Origin: an uncultured Aquiluna sp.
GTDB taxonomy: Bacteria; Actinomycetota; Actinomycetes; Actinomycetales; Microbacteriaceae
Reading direction: 5' to 3'
Length of the DNA stretch: 64,000 nucleotides
Assembly (NCBI GenBank): GCA_964480885.1
Contig: CAYZRV010000002.1
Span: 55,020-119,019 of the forward strand
Position 1 is the stretch's first letter. Every line of letters begins with the position of its first letter. The notes beneath the pieces are model-generated. The model made no database searches. It saw only the letters and a list, made by a program, of their open reading frames with translations, and was not told the origin of the DNA. A program made the translations under genes and the position numbers. Below, one piece after another: positions 39,510 through 49,286 of this stretch.

Positions 39510-40241
39510 ATGAAACTACCCAGGTCCCTTGCCATTGTTCCTGGGTTGCGGTTTGAGCCTCAGGTCACCTCAACCAATCAGCTACTGGCAGAGAACTATT
39601 CGGATCTTGAGGACTTTTCCACGCTGGTTGCTGCCGAACAAACGCAAGGACAAGGCCGATCCGGAAGGCAGTGGGTGTCTGAGCCTGAAGCTTCACTGTC
39701 GACCTCAATACTGCTTCGTCCAAAAAATCCTGAACAGGCAGGCTTGATAACTCTGATGGTTGCAGCGAGTCTGCACGCTGCCCTGGCTCACCTTTTTCCA
39801 TCGGTTGGATTATCCATTAAGTGGCCTAATGACATCTTGGTTGAAGATCGGAAGTTGTCGGGAATACTCGCGCAACTAAATCCTGACGGCAGCGTTGTGG
39901 TCGGGTTTGGAGTAAACCTTCGTCTTCCAAATAGTCCAATTGAAAACGTCGCGGCAATTAGTGACTTTGCCGAGCCTGATTTTGACCTAATTCTTTCAGA
40001 GTGTTTGCTTCGCATTAGAGAAAACTGGTCGAAGTTGCAATCTAGTGATAGACAGACCCTGCTTGAATACATCAGAGGGAACTGCTCAACAATCGGTTCG
40101 AGGGTTAGGGCCGATTTAGCAAATGGTGAAAGCATTGTTGGTGATGCAGTGGCAATTCAGGATGATGGCAGGCTAGTAATTGATGCGGATGAGCAGCACG
40201 TGGTTTCCGCCGCAGATGTTTGGCACCTGAGAAATAGCTAG
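39510..40241 (+). CDS. birA: Biotin--[acetyl-CoA-carboxylase] ligase (group I, no DNA-binding domain)
   Basis: 243 aa with the biotin-binding loop GQGRSGRQW and KWPNDIL. It is too short to carry an N-terminal wHTH domain. Confidence 0.9.
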   Translation: MKLPRSLAIVPGLRFEPQVTSTNQLLAENYSDLEDFSTLVAAEQTQGQGRSGRQWVSEPEASLSTSILLRPKNPEQAGLITLMVAASLHAALAHLFPSVGLSIKWPNDILVEDRKLSGILAQLNPDGSVVVGFGVNLRLPNSPIENVAAISDFAEPDFDLILSECLLRIRENWSKLQSSDRQTLLEYIRGNCSTIGSRVRADLANGESIVGDAVAIQDDGRLVIDADEQHVVSAADVWHLRNS

Positions 40242-40248
40242 GGGATAG

Positions 40249-41376
40249 ATGTATACCGTAGGCGTGATTGGTGGTGGGCAACTAGCCCGAATGATGCAAC
40301 CTGCCGCCATTGCCCTGGGCATTAAACTTAGTGTCCTAGCTGAGACTGAGAACTCTTCAGCTCATCAGGCGACCACAATGGTCGGTGATTACAACAAATA
40401 TGAAGTGCTGGAAGCTTTCTCAAAAACCGTTGATGTGATCACCTTTGATCATGAGCATGTTCCTGTTACTCATCTCGAGAAATTGCAGCGAGCAGGTGTG
40501 AAGGTGAATCCAAACCCAAACGCTTTGGTTCACGCTCAAAACAAACTGCTCATGCGCAAAGCCATGCAGAACTTGGGTCTTCCACAACCAATCTGGCAGG
40601 AAATTAAGTCTCCAGAAGACCTCAAGGCCTTTCTTGCCATTCACAAAGAGGCGGTTGTGAAGACGCCAATTGGCGGATACGACGGCAAAGGGGTCAGGGT
40701 TGTTTCCGATGTTCAGGAAGTTTCCGATTGGCTGACAAATCTTAATCGCTTTGGTGGCTCACTCTTAGCAGAGCAGAAGATTTCCTTCGCTCGTGAGCTG
40801 TCTCAGCTATCGGCCAGAAGTGAGAGTGGTGAATTTGCCCACTGGCCGCTCGTGCAGACTATTCAGAGAAATGGAGTTTGCTCCGAGGTAATAGCGCCAG
40901 CACCCCCACCAAGCAAAGCAAAGGATGCCGAGGAAATTGCCAGAGCCGTTGCAACGGGCCTCAATGTAACTGGCGTTCTGGCGGTTGAACTATTTGAAGA
41001 TCAATCCGGGAACTTGTTGATAAATGAATTGGCAATGCGCCCTCACAACTCGGGTCACTTCACTATTGAGGGTTCAATCACATCTCAGTTTGAGCAGCAT
41101 CTCCGAGCAGTACTAAATCTCCCACTAGGTGATACTGCGATGAAACAGGAGACTGCAGTGATGCTTAACCTTCTGGGAGTAGATGACAGCAATACCTTCG
41201 TAGAGCATTACCCTCGAGCAATGGCGCTTTATCCAGAGGTAAAGTTCCACTCCTATGACAAAGGAGCAAGGTTGAGCCGAAAAATGGGGCACCTAACCCT
41301 GATTGGATCAGACTGGCAATCTCTTTTGGAGCGAGGCAATGCAGCCCGAGACGTCCTCTATGGCAAAGGACAATAG
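40249..41376 (+). CDS. purK: N5-carboxyaminoimidazole ribonucleotide synthase
   Basis: 375 aa with an ATP-grasp fold, starting MYTVGVIGGGQLARMM and containing NELAMRPHNSGH. Confidence 0.9.
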   Translation: MYTVGVIGGGQLARMMQPAAIALGIKLSVLAETENSSAHQATTMVGDYNKYEVLEAFSKTVDVITFDHEHVPVTHLEKLQRAGVKVNPNPNALVHAQNKLLMRKAMQNLGLPQPIWQEIKSPEDLKAFLAIHKEAVVKTPIGGYDGKGVRVVSDVQEVSDWLTNLNRFGGSLLAEQKISFARELSQLSARSESGEFAHWPLVQTIQRNGVCSEVIAPAPPPSKAKDAEEIARAVATGLNVTGVLAVELFEDQSGNLLINELAMRPHNSGHFTIEGSITSQFEQHLRAVLNLPLGDTAMKQETAVMLNLLGVDDSNTFVEHYPRAMALYPEVKFHSYDKGARLSRKMGHLTLIGSDWQSLLERGNAARDVLYGKGQ

Positions 41377-41385
41377 ACTTTCTCA

Positions 41386-41874
41386 ATGGCTAGGGTTGCA
41401 ATAGTGATGGGGTCGGATTCCGACTGGAAGGTTATGCAGCAAGCTCAGGAAATCCTCCAAGAGTTTGGTGTTGAGAGTGAAGTCGAAGTCCTTAGTGCCC
41501 ACCGCACCCCGGAGAAGATGTTGCAGTGGGGCAAGCTCGCTGCGGATCAAGGTGTGAAGGTGATTATTGCTGGTGCAGGTGGTGCTGCACACCTCCCGGG
41601 CATGCTTGCATCAGTTAGTTCTCTACCCGTAATCGGCGTTCCCGTTTCGCTAGGCAGGCTGGATGGAATGGATTCTCTGCTTTCGATTGTTCAGATGCCT
41701 GCTGGGGTTCCTGTCGCAACTGTTTCGATTGATGGAGCAAAAAATGCAGGTCTATTGGCTCTGAAAATTCTTGGGGTTTCTGATTCTGAAATTCAGAAAA
41801 AACTCGACCAGTATCGAGGCGACTTACAGAAACTAGTTGAAGAGAAAAACAAGAACCTAAAGTCCTCCCTATAG
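41386..41874 (+). CDS. purE: N5-carboxyaminoimidazole ribonucleotide mutase
   Basis: 162 aa with [17 protein letters not shown] and [10 protein letters not shown] motifs. Confidence 0.95.
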   Translation: MARVAIVMGSDSDWKVMQQAQEILQEFGVESEVEVLSAHRTPEKMLQWGKLAADQGVKVIIAGAGGAAHLPGMLASVSSLPVIGVPVSLGRLDGMDSLLSIVQMPAGVPVATVSIDGAKNAGLLALKILGVSDSEIQKKLDQYRGDLQKLVEEKNKNLKSSL

Positions 41875-41957
41875 TCCTCAAATCGCTCTATTTCAGGCTT
41901 TTCATCAGCCATTTCTAAGAATCTCAACTTAGGGTTGAAGGTAGCTGGAGGTGAGCC

Positions 41958-42473
41958 ATGCCTAGATTTCGCATTCTTTTGATCGCAACACTGAGCTCAC
42001 TCCTGCTATCCGGCTGCAGCCTCTTCTATCCAAATTGGGGCGCCACGGGACTTCCAGAAGAACCCGTAACAACTTCAGCTTCCGCGACAGCAGAACCAGA
42101 GCCGAGCGAGACTGATACTGAGGCAGCCGAACCAGAACCAACACCCTCAGAGACTGAAACTGCCAAGCAAAAACTCCCCGCCGAAGTGATTGTCCTGATG
42201 GCGGTGGCTGAGCCAGATTACGGAGTTCTAACGGTTGTGGCGCAGGTGCCAAACCTCAGCGAAAGCGGCGGGAAATGCACCATGCGCTTCCTGGGTAATA
42301 ATGTCGAAAAGATTTTGGAAGTCAAAGCGGAGCCCTCTTCCGATTACACCCAGTGCTTCCCGATTGAGTTTCCATTAGCCGAGTTACCAAAGGGTAATGG
42401 GGTGGTGACCGTAACTTACGAATCCGAACGCCACAGCGGAGTTTCAGCTGCGACCTCGGTGGTGATTCCATAA
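41958..42473 (+). CDS. Lipoprotein with acidic P/E/T-rich linker, unknown function
   Basis: Lipobox LLLSGCS, then the linker EPEPSETDTEAAEPEPTPSETE and a ~100-aa C-terminal domain. Its stop overlaps the next gene's start (TAATG). Confidence 0.6.
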   Translation: MPRFRILLIATLSSLLLSGCSLFYPNWGATGLPEEPVTTSASATAEPEPSETDTEAAEPEPTPSETETAKQKLPAEVIVLMAVAEPDYGVLTVVAQVPNLSESGGKCTMRFLGNNVEKILEVKAEPSSDYTQCFPIEFPLAELPKGNGVVTVTYESERHSGVSAATSVVIP

Positions 42474-45364
42474 TGAAGAAGCTCGCTAGCTTCGCCGCGA
42501 TGGGAGCACTTATTGTCTCCGGATTGACTGCTGTCTACAATCCCGCTCCCGCAGTTGCTGCACCTCCTGGAAGTGCCTTTGATCCTGGGCTAATCATTAG
42601 CGACAGCGTTTTCTTTGACTTTGGCTCCATGACGGTTGAGCAGATTCAACAGTTTCTTGAATCCAGGGTTGCCGACTGTCGTGCAGAAGATCCCGCAATC
42701 GACTGTCTGAAGAATGTGAAGATTGATATTCCGGAGACACCTGCCACTGGACCAGATGATGTTGGTCCGTGTGCTGCAATTCCTGCAAAGTCTCAGGCCT
42801 CAGCCGCTGAAGTCATTCATGCAATTGCTAATGCCTGCGGAATTAATCCAAGGGTTTTGATTGTCACTTTGCAGAAAGAGCAGGGCCTAGTGACTTCCAC
42901 CAAGCCCACCTCTTATATGTATAGAGCGGCGATGGGATTTGGATGTCCAGACTCTGATCCAGCTATTTGTGGGAAAGTATTCGTAGGTCTTTTCAATCAG
43001 GTTTATCGAGCTGCCCGTCAGTTCCGCTGGTATGGAAATCCAGCCGGCTCTTTCACCTATTGGAAGCCTGGCCGAGTGATCAGCATGCGCTATAACCCCA
43101 AGTCATCCTGCGGCAGCAAGAGCTTTGAGCTGAAGAATCAGGCAACCGCCAACCTCTACTACTACACCCCCTACACCCCCAATGATGCTGCGCTAAATAA
43201 TCTCTATGGGACAGGGGATAGCTGTTCCGCCTATGGCAACAGAAACTTCTGGCGCTTCTATCACGACTGGTTTGGCTCTCCCATCGGCGGTGGTTATCTG
43301 TTGAAGTCTGCCTCCAGCGGGAACTATCTGATCGTCAACAACCTGCGCTATCAGGTCAACGATCCAGCCCTACTTGAAACGCTAAAACCGCTTGGGCCGC
43401 TGGGTGAGATTTCCCAGGCCTATCTAGATAGTTTCCAAGATGCCGGGGTTATGTCGCCGATTGTGTTTGACAGTGTGACTAACACCAGATATCTGCTTGT
43501 CGATTCATCTAGATATGAAATTACCGATTGCTCGATTGCCGCTCAATATGGTTATGACTGCAACCTTGCTGTCCCACTAACGACTTTGCAGATAAACAAT
43601 TTCACCAACGGCGGTGTCCTTTCCAGGTTTGTTCAGAGCAGTTCTGGATCTAAGTTCTGGATCGAAAATCAGACTTATCGAATAGTGGTTGACCCGCTAG
43701 CCCTAGCCACAGTCGGAGGTCAAGACACCGCTGAAATTCGACTCAATGCCGAGAAGGTGGCCACCCTCACTCCTGGCCCTGCTCTAGCCTCTGAGTTGAC
43801 ACTGTTCTCACTGCGAGGCTCGAATGATTTGCTGGTTGCCAGTGGCGGAAAGACTTACCGGTTTGTAGCCTCACTGGTTAGTGCAACGAACCTGCAGCGC
43901 TGGTTCACTTCCACCAGTTCCGTGGTTGATCTAAGTGCAATCCAGGCATCGCTTCATCCTGAAACTATTCGCGGATTTGTTGCCTCACCATCCGGCAGCA
44001 CCTTTGCCATCACTGCCGACGGGAAGGTGTTGGTCACGGATCCTGAGAATTGGACAACCCAGGTGGTTACTCTTCCAGAATCACTTTTGGCAGCAATCCC
44101 AACCGTGGATGCCCGCCTTGCAACTCCAGCGGTTGTGACATCTCAGGGCAACAGGCTCTCTTACTTTGTCGATTCCAAGACGCGCAGAACCTCAACCCAG
44201 GCTGACATGACGACGAGATTTTTAAGTTTGATCAATCAGCCGAGAGTTGTGATCTTGCCGCAATCGGCCATCAACACCGTCTCCAGCTCCGGAATTGCAC
44301 TCTCACCTGGTTCTCTGGTGAAGCAGGGCAATAGTTTCTTTCTTGTCGACGGACTCAACTCACTGGTTCGTCTCGAGTCCCAAACTCAGGCGCAGAGCGT
44401 TTCAAAATCAAAAATATTCACTTATAACTCAAGTGATCTAGCCGGATTCACAATTCGATCTCGCATGAGCAGCATCAAAGTGCAGTGCGGTGCGGACACT
44501 TATCTTCTAGATAAGGGAACCCTCTATCCAATTGATCAGAAGGCCGTTAACCACTTTCCTGGCAATCCCTATCCGCTTGCCAACAGCACCTGCAGTGCCC
44601 TGGATGTTTCTCAGCGGGTAGTGGGTCAATTCATTCGTGATAACCGCGGTCAGCTGTTCCTCATTCAAGATGGCAAAAAGCGAAGGATTAGCAACTGGAC
44701 TCACCTGGCAAATCTGCGAGGCGATGGTCCGGGACACATTGAGGCCTCCGCATACTTTGCTGGAAAAATTCCTCTCGGCGATAGAGCACCGCAGACTGTA
44801 GAGCTAACCTCCGGTGGCACAGTCCCATCTGGAGAGTTTGGTGAAATCACTTTTGGTGGAACTTTGCCAACTCCAACTCCTTCGCCATCACCTACACCTA
44901 CGCCTTCGCCATCACCTTCGCCAACGCCCAAACCGTCTCCATCACCTACTCCAAAACCCTCTGCTCCTGCCACTGAGTCTCCAACCGTGACTGAGTACAG
45001 AGTGAAGGCTGGCGACACCCTAAATGGAATTGCCGCAAGATTTTCAGTGAGGGTTTCAGATCTGCAGGCCCTAAATGGCATTACAAACGCCAACCAGATT
45101 CGCATCGGCCAGGTGCTGAAGATTCCGAGCAGGAATCAATCATCGACTACTTCACCAGCAACCGAATCACCCGCTACTCAGTCACCTGCCACCCAGTCGC
45201 CATCCACCTCACCTTCGGTCAGAACCTACAAGGTTCAAGCCGGTGACACCCTGTGGGGGATAGCTCGAAAATTTAATGTCAGTGCTGATGCTTTAGCAAA
45301 GCTAAATGGAATCACCAATGCCAACTTGATAAAAATTGGTCAGACTCTAAAGATTCCAGGCTGA
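42473..45364 (+). CDS. Secreted 963-aa cell-wall-associated protein with unknown N-terminal domain, ~9 degenerate internal repeats, PT-rich linkers and two C-terminal LysM domains
   Basis: The signal peptide ends in PAVAAPP. LysM domains are YRVKAGDTLNGIAARF...IRIGQVLKIP (44996-45127) and YKVQAGDTLWGIARKF...IKIGQTLKIP (45227-45358). The linker reads PTPTPSPSPTPTPSPSPSPTPKPSPSPTPKPS. Confidence 0.8.
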   Translation: MKKLASFAAMGALIVSGLTAVYNPAPAVAAPPGSAFDPGLIISDSVFFDFGSMTVEQIQQFLESRVADCRAEDPAIDCLKNVKIDIPETPATGPDDVGPCAAIPAKSQASAAEVIHAIANACGINPRVLIVTLQKEQGLVTSTKPTSYMYRAAMGFGCPDSDPAICGKVFVGLFNQVYRAARQFRWYGNPAGSFTYWKPGRVISMRYNPKSSCGSKSFELKNQATANLYYYTPYTPNDAALNNLYGTGDSCSAYGNRNFWRFYHDWFGSPIGGGYLLKSASSGNYLIVNNLRYQVNDPALLETLKPLGPLGEISQAYLDSFQDAGVMSPIVFDSVTNTRYLLVDSSRYEITDCSIAAQYGYDCNLAVPLTTLQINNFTNGGVLSRFVQSSSGSKFWIENQTYRIVVDPLALATVGGQDTAEIRLNAEKVATLTPGPALASELTLFSLRGSNDLLVASGGKTYRFVASLVSATNLQRWFTSTSSVVDLSAIQASLHPETIRGFVASPSGSTFAITADGKVLVTDPENWTTQVVTLPESLLAAIPTVDARLATPAVVTSQGNRLSYFVDSKTRRTSTQADMTTRFLSLINQPRVVILPQSAINTVSSSGIALSPGSLVKQGNSFFLVDGLNSLVRLESQTQAQSVSKSKIFTYNSSDLAGFTIRSRMSSIKVQCGADTYLLDKGTLYPIDQKAVNHFPGNPYPLANSTCSALDVSQRVVGQFIRDNRGQLFLIQDGKKRRISNWTHLANLRGDGPGHIEASAYFAGKIPLGDRAPQTVELTSGGTVPSGEFGEITFGGTLPTPTPSPSPTPTPSPSPSPTPKPSPSPTPKPSAPATESPTVTEYRVKAGDTLNGIAARFSVRVSDLQALNGITNANQIRIGQVLKIPSRNQSSTTSPATESPATQSPATQSPSTSPSVRTYKVQAGDTLWGIARKFNVSADALAKLNGITNANLIKIGQTLKIPG

Positions 45365-46291
45365 TTCAACTATTTCTCTTAGCCCAAACTTCATCTTCAG
45401 GCCCAGCACCTTCTCCATGCGCGACACATTCGCCACCAGTCTCGGAGGATCTCCGGCTCTGCGATCACCCACCTGATATTGGAAATCAATACCACTGACC
45501 TTCTTGATTTCATCCAATACCTCAATAACCGATGCGCCTTGGCCTGTGCCAATGTTAAAGACATCGAATTCTCGATTTTCTTGCTTTAGATAGTCAACCG
45601 CTGAAAGGTGGGCATCAGCCAGGTCAGTCACATGCACGTAGTCTCGGATGCAACTGCCATCGGGGGTGGGGTAGTCGTTGCCAAAGACGACTGGAGTTTC
45701 TGATCGCCTGAGCTGACCCATAGCAATTGGAATTAGATTCAAGGCAGCGGTGTCCGCGAGACCTCTTCTTCCAGTTCCAGCCACGTTGAAATACCTGAGA
45801 CTGACACCTCTCAATCCCCAGTAAGCAGCGTTTGCAACCATCCACTCACCAATGAGTTTGGTCTGACCGTATGGATTGATGGGCTTGGCAGGGTAATTCT
45901 CATCGACTGATTCGACATCGGGCATGCCGTATGTGGCGGCCGAAGAAGAAAAAACTAAAGACTTGGTATTCGTATTTCTCATTGCCAGAAGGAGATTGGA
46001 AAGCCCCCCGATGTTTTCTCGGTAGTAGAGCTCTGGCTTCTCAACAGATTCCCCAACCTGCTTCTTGGCTGCCAGGTGAATTACGGCATCGAAGCCCCCA
46101 GAGAGCAGCCTCTCTAGGTCCAACACGGCGGACTCCTGGGCTAAATCCAGCTCAACTAAAGGGCAGCTAATCCGCTCCCTGAGGCCGGTTGAAAGATCGT
46201 CGACGACGGTGCATTCGTGGCCAGCAGCCTGAGCCCGATCGACTATGTGGGAGCCGATGTAGCCGGCGCCGCCGGTCACGAGGAGTTTCAC
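45347..46291 (-). CDS. galE: UDP-glucose 4-epimerase
   Basis: 314 aa with the SDR extended family motifs VTGGAGYIGSH and YxxxK (YGQTK). Confidence 0.9.
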   Translation of the reverse strand: MKLLVTGGAGYIGSHIVDRAQAAGHECTVVDDLSTGLRERISCPLVELDLAQESAVLDLERLLSGGFDAVIHLAAKKQVGESVEKPELYYRENIGGLSNLLLAMRNTNTKSLVFSSSAATYGMPDVESVDENYPAKPINPYGQTKLIGEWMVANAAYWGLRGVSLRYFNVAGTGRRGLADTAALNLIPIAMGQLRRSETPVVFGNDYPTPDGSCIRDYVHVTDLADAHLSAVDYLKQENREFDVFNIGTGQGASVIEVLDEIKKVSGIDFQYQVGDRRAGDPPRLVANVSRMEKVLGLKMKFGLREIVESAWNL

Positions 46292-46350
46292 ACATCAAGG
46301 TTACCTTGAGGCTTTCTTCACACTTTGGTAACTGGCGGCAATAATCCAAC

Positions 46351-46380
46351 TTGACAGGAGCATACTTACACCGCTGTAAT
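46351..46380 (+). promoter_or_regulatory. Candidate sigma-A-type promoter for the whiB-like gene
   Basis: TTGACA (46351-46356), an 18-nt spacer, then TGTAAT (46375-46380), about 33 nt upstream of the ATG at 46413. Confidence 0.35.
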
Positions 46381-46412
46381 TACATGAGCGTGATTCTCTG
46401 GAGGGGAGCGGC

Positions 46413-46718
46413 ATGGAGAGAAACCAAGTGCCTGCTAGCTGGTTCGTCGATGTTTTAAAACTGGGGGTGGCCAATGCTTATGGAAGCGATCTGGATTCAG
46501 ACCCTCTTGCCTGGCAGGAAGATGCTCTTTGTGCGCAAACCGATCCCGAAGCTTTCTTCCCAGAAAAAGGAGGCTCTACTCGTGATGCAAAAAGAATTTG
46601 TGCTCAATGCACAGTCCGTGCCGAGTGCCTAGAGTACGCGCTTAAGAACGACGAGCGATTTGGAATTTGGGGCGGACTATCCGAGCGCGAGCGTCGTCGT
46701 CTGCGTCGTCGCGCCTAA
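46413..46718 (+). CDS. whiB: WhiB-family transcriptional regulator (WhiB2/WhmD-like)
   Basis: 101 aa with four Cys (C..x..C-x2-C-x5-C: CAQTDPEAFF...CAQCTVRAEC), the GIWGG turn and a basic tail RRRLRRRA. Confidence 0.9.
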   Translation: MERNQVPASWFVDVLKLGVANAYGSDLDSDPLAWQEDALCAQTDPEAFFPEKGGSTRDAKRICAQCTVRAECLEYALKNDERFGIWGGLSERERRRLRRRA

Positions 46719-46724
46719 CAAATC

Positions 46725-49286
46725 GTGTCTCTGTCGGTAGCGACAATCGTTGTAGCAAACTCGGCCGACGATTACCTATCCGAAACTCTCAGCCAACTCG
46801 CTAAGCAAACCCATCGCATCCAACAGGTGATGGTGGTTGATACAGCTGGCTCTGAGGAAACCGAGAAATTAGTTTCCAAGTTTGGTTTTTCCCTAATTCA
46901 ACCTGGTGATCTTCGACTGGGTGCTGCTGTTGACGCCGGGGTATCAGCCCTGGCACATCAGAGTGATTGGTTGTGGATTCTGCATGATGATTCTGCTCCT
47001 GAACCATCAGCACTTTCTCAGCTTGCCCGAGCAGCAGAAATTTCACCTTCGGTCGCAGTTATCGGACCGAAGCTTCTGCGTTGGGATTTTCCAATCGAGA
47101 TTCAGCAGATGGGACTCACGGTAACTAAAACTGGCAGACCTTTCCTGCTGGTCGAAAGTGAATATGACCAGGGTCAGTTTGATATCACTTCTGACACCCT
47201 CGCTGTCTCCACTGCCGGGATGCTCGTTAGTAGAAGTGTTTGGCAGCAGCTCGGAGGACTGGATGATTCTTCGCCCGCCTTGGCGCAGGACATTGAGTTT
47301 TCAATCAAGGCCCGAGCAGCTGGGTATCGAGTCGTTGTCGAGGCATCGGCAAGAGTCCTGCACGCTGGTCTTTCAATGCTGGGAAAGCGAAAGCGTTCGT
47401 GGCTGAGGGGAACCTATCGCCAAGCTATTTCAAAAGCACACATTCAACTAGCGACCACACTGCTTCCATCACCACTTGTCGCACTTTTATATCTGTCGCT
47501 CCCTGTAATTGCAACCGTCCTCATACCTTTCAACTTGCTGGCCAAAAGACCAGGTCGGATAGTTGGTCAGTTCACGGGTTGGATCTGGGCCTGGTCGACA
47601 TTTCCAGTCAGGTTGTTGCAGAGAAAGAAAGTCAGATCTTTTGGCTCTCTCAGTTCACTAGCTTCCCTCTACGCGTCCTGGTCGCAGGTTAGAGCAAAGA
47701 AAGCTAAGCAGTTCGAGTATGCGCCGGAGCGGAATGAGAGCCGCAAGGGCTTTTTCGCATCGGGCGCCTTTTACATCACCCTGCTCCTGCCCCTAATTGC
47801 AATCAATCAGTTTCCAACCGGTGCTCTTGAGTCGAAGGCATTTCCTATCGGTAGGAGCTTTGAAAGCATCTGGGCCAATACGGGTGCGACGAGGGCGCAG
47901 TATCTGGAAGGGTTCAACTATCCAAGTGATCCATTCAACTGGTTCTTTTCTCTGATAGCCCTTTTCCCACTCGCCCCTTCGACTGCGCTTGCCTGGTTTG
48001 TTTTTCTAGCACTGAGCCTCGCCTTTGTGAGTATGTGGCTGCTGATTGGTTTGGTGACAGATAAGGCCTGGCTGAGAAATCTTTTTGCCCTTGGCTATGT
48101 GCTAAGTCCTCCGCTGTTGTCACTGCAGTCGACGGCTGCGGTCGTGGAGCTGGTAGTTGCAACATCACTTCCGTTGGCTATTTACTTGTTTGTTCAGTCT
48201 GCCAAGGCATTTAACTCAGCTCGAAGCTGGAGATGGTCGGCGCTCGCTGGCTTGGTGGGTGTTTTGCTGGCTGTGAGTAATCCGCTGATATTTGGACTTC
48301 TATTTGTTTTTGTTTTGGGCCTAGTTGGAACCAGGCCTTCCAGATTGTTACCGCTTGGAGCTGGATTTGTTCCTGGGGTTATTTTTCTTCTGGATTGGAT
48401 AATCGCCAATGCATTGAATCTAAGCGTGCTGCTCACAACTACAACAGCCCGAGTTAGCGCGATTGATTTTTGGTATTGGCCAATAATCGTGATGGCTCTG
48501 GCTCTTTTGTTAGCTGCAATCAGCGGCAAGCCAGCCCTGGCACTGGTTACCTCATTTTTTGCCGCGTCCATGATTGCAACGACTCGATATCTTGGGCTTA
48601 GCTTTGGCGAGGAAAGCACGCTGCTGGTGATGCTGGCGACTTTGCTACTGGCAGCTTCCATGAATGCGACCAAGGCTCGTTCACTAAACGCCTTAGTAAG
48701 TTTTGCAACCATCGGCGGGCTAGTTGCATCAATCTTTCTCTTCGCGGTTCAGGTTGAAAGACCCAGGCAGATTGATGACTTTGTAGCTCCAGCACTGGTT
48801 GTCGCGCAAGCTGACGTTGACCCTGGAACTAGGACGCTAAGAATCAGCTTTGAGGAGCAGGCTGTTGCCGACCTTATCTGGGGGGATGGTAGGAGCGTGG
48901 ATGAGCAAAGCGTTCTATACCTTGCCGATCTCCCTCAGTCTCGGTTGGCACAGCCCTTGGCAACCCTGACCGCCCTTCTAATTGCTGCCAATCCTCAGGG
49001 AGTTGAGGAACTTTTGAGACAAGCTTCAGTCAGCTTCGTAATTGTCGAAGGGAACGATGCCAGGGCACTTTCGACGAAGGCTGCACTCAGCTCGATGCCG
49101 TACTTCCAAAACTCAGGTGAGAGTAGGTTCGGCTCACTTTTCAGAGTGAACCTAGATATCCCTAAGCCAGATATGCAGGAGGACCCTGATCGCTCTCTGG
49201 AGCTTCTGACCCTGGCTGCCTATGGATTGCTTGCGATTCCCACCCCGGCCACAGTTCGCGGATATCGCCGAAGGACTAAGCGATGA
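46725..49286 (+). CDS. Family 2 glycosyltransferase fused to a large polytopic membrane domain
   Basis: 853 aa. The N-terminal ~230 aa form a GT-A/GT2 fold (VVDTAGSEE, WLWILHDDSAP, DIEFSIKARAAGYRV), followed by more than 10 predicted TM helices. GTG start. Confidence 0.8.
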   Translation: MSLSVATIVVANSADDYLSETLSQLAKQTHRIQQVMVVDTAGSEETEKLVSKFGFSLIQPGDLRLGAAVDAGVSALAHQSDWLWILHDDSAPEPSALSQLARAAEISPSVAVIGPKLLRWDFPIEIQQMGLTVTKTGRPFLLVESEYDQGQFDITSDTLAVSTAGMLVSRSVWQQLGGLDDSSPALAQDIEFSIKARAAGYRVVVEASARVLHAGLSMLGKRKRSWLRGTYRQAISKAHIQLATTLLPSPLVALLYLSLPVIATVLIPFNLLAKRPGRIVGQFTGWIWAWSTFPVRLLQRKKVRSFGSLSSLASLYASWSQVRAKKAKQFEYAPERNESRKGFFASGAFYITLLLPLIAINQFPTGALESKAFPIGRSFESIWANTGATRAQYLEGFNYPSDPFNWFFSLIALFPLAPSTALAWFVFLALSLAFVSMWLLIGLVTDKAWLRNLFALGYVLSPPLLSLQSTAAVVELVVATSLPLAIYLFVQSAKAFNSARSWRWSALAGLVGVLLAVSNPLIFGLLFVFVLGLVGTRPSRLLPLGAGFVPGVIFLLDWIIANALNLSVLLTTTTARVSAIDFWYWPIIVMALALLLAAISGKPALALVTSFFAASMIATTRYLGLSFGEESTLLVMLATLLLAASMNATKARSLNALVSFATIGGLVASIFLFAVQVERPRQIDDFVAPALVVAQADVDPGTRTLRISFEEQAVADLIWGDGRSVDEQSVLYLADLPQSRLAQPLATLTALLIAANPQGVEELLRQASVSFVIVEGNDARALSTKAALSSMPYFQNSGESRFGSLFRVNLDIPKPDMQEDPDRSLELLTLAAYGLLAIPTPATVRGYRRRTKR

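Noticed and set aside
44863-44990. Short DNA repeats (CCATCACCT / CCTTCGCC units) that look superficially like a repeat array
   Set aside because: They are in-frame codon repeats encoding the PTPSPS linker inside a CDS. There is no spacer-repeat periodicity of CRISPR type and there are no cas genes.
44701-45105. Minus-strand 134-aa ORF rich in G/D/V/E repeats
   Set aside because: It is the antisense shadow of the PT/PS-rich linker and first LysM domain of the 963-aa protein. Its periodic GVG/GDG translation is just the complement of the repeated Pro/Thr/Ser (CCN/ACN/TCN) codons.
46292-46412. Possible structured leader or riboswitch upstream of the whiB-like gene
   Set aside because: I could identify only a promoter-like TTGACA/TGTAAT pair. 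There are no conserved riboswitch core sequences or convincing long helices, and 121 nt is ordinary for a whiB 5' region.
48194-48712. Minus-strand 172-aa ORF, with similar long antisense ORFs at 52416-52919, 53727-54122, 11773-12261 and 25759-26142
   Set aside because: Each lies fully antisense within a strongly supported gene (GT2, ahcY, ahcY/mtrA, ribBA/ribE, permease/cdd). They lack SD sequences and have low-complexity composition.
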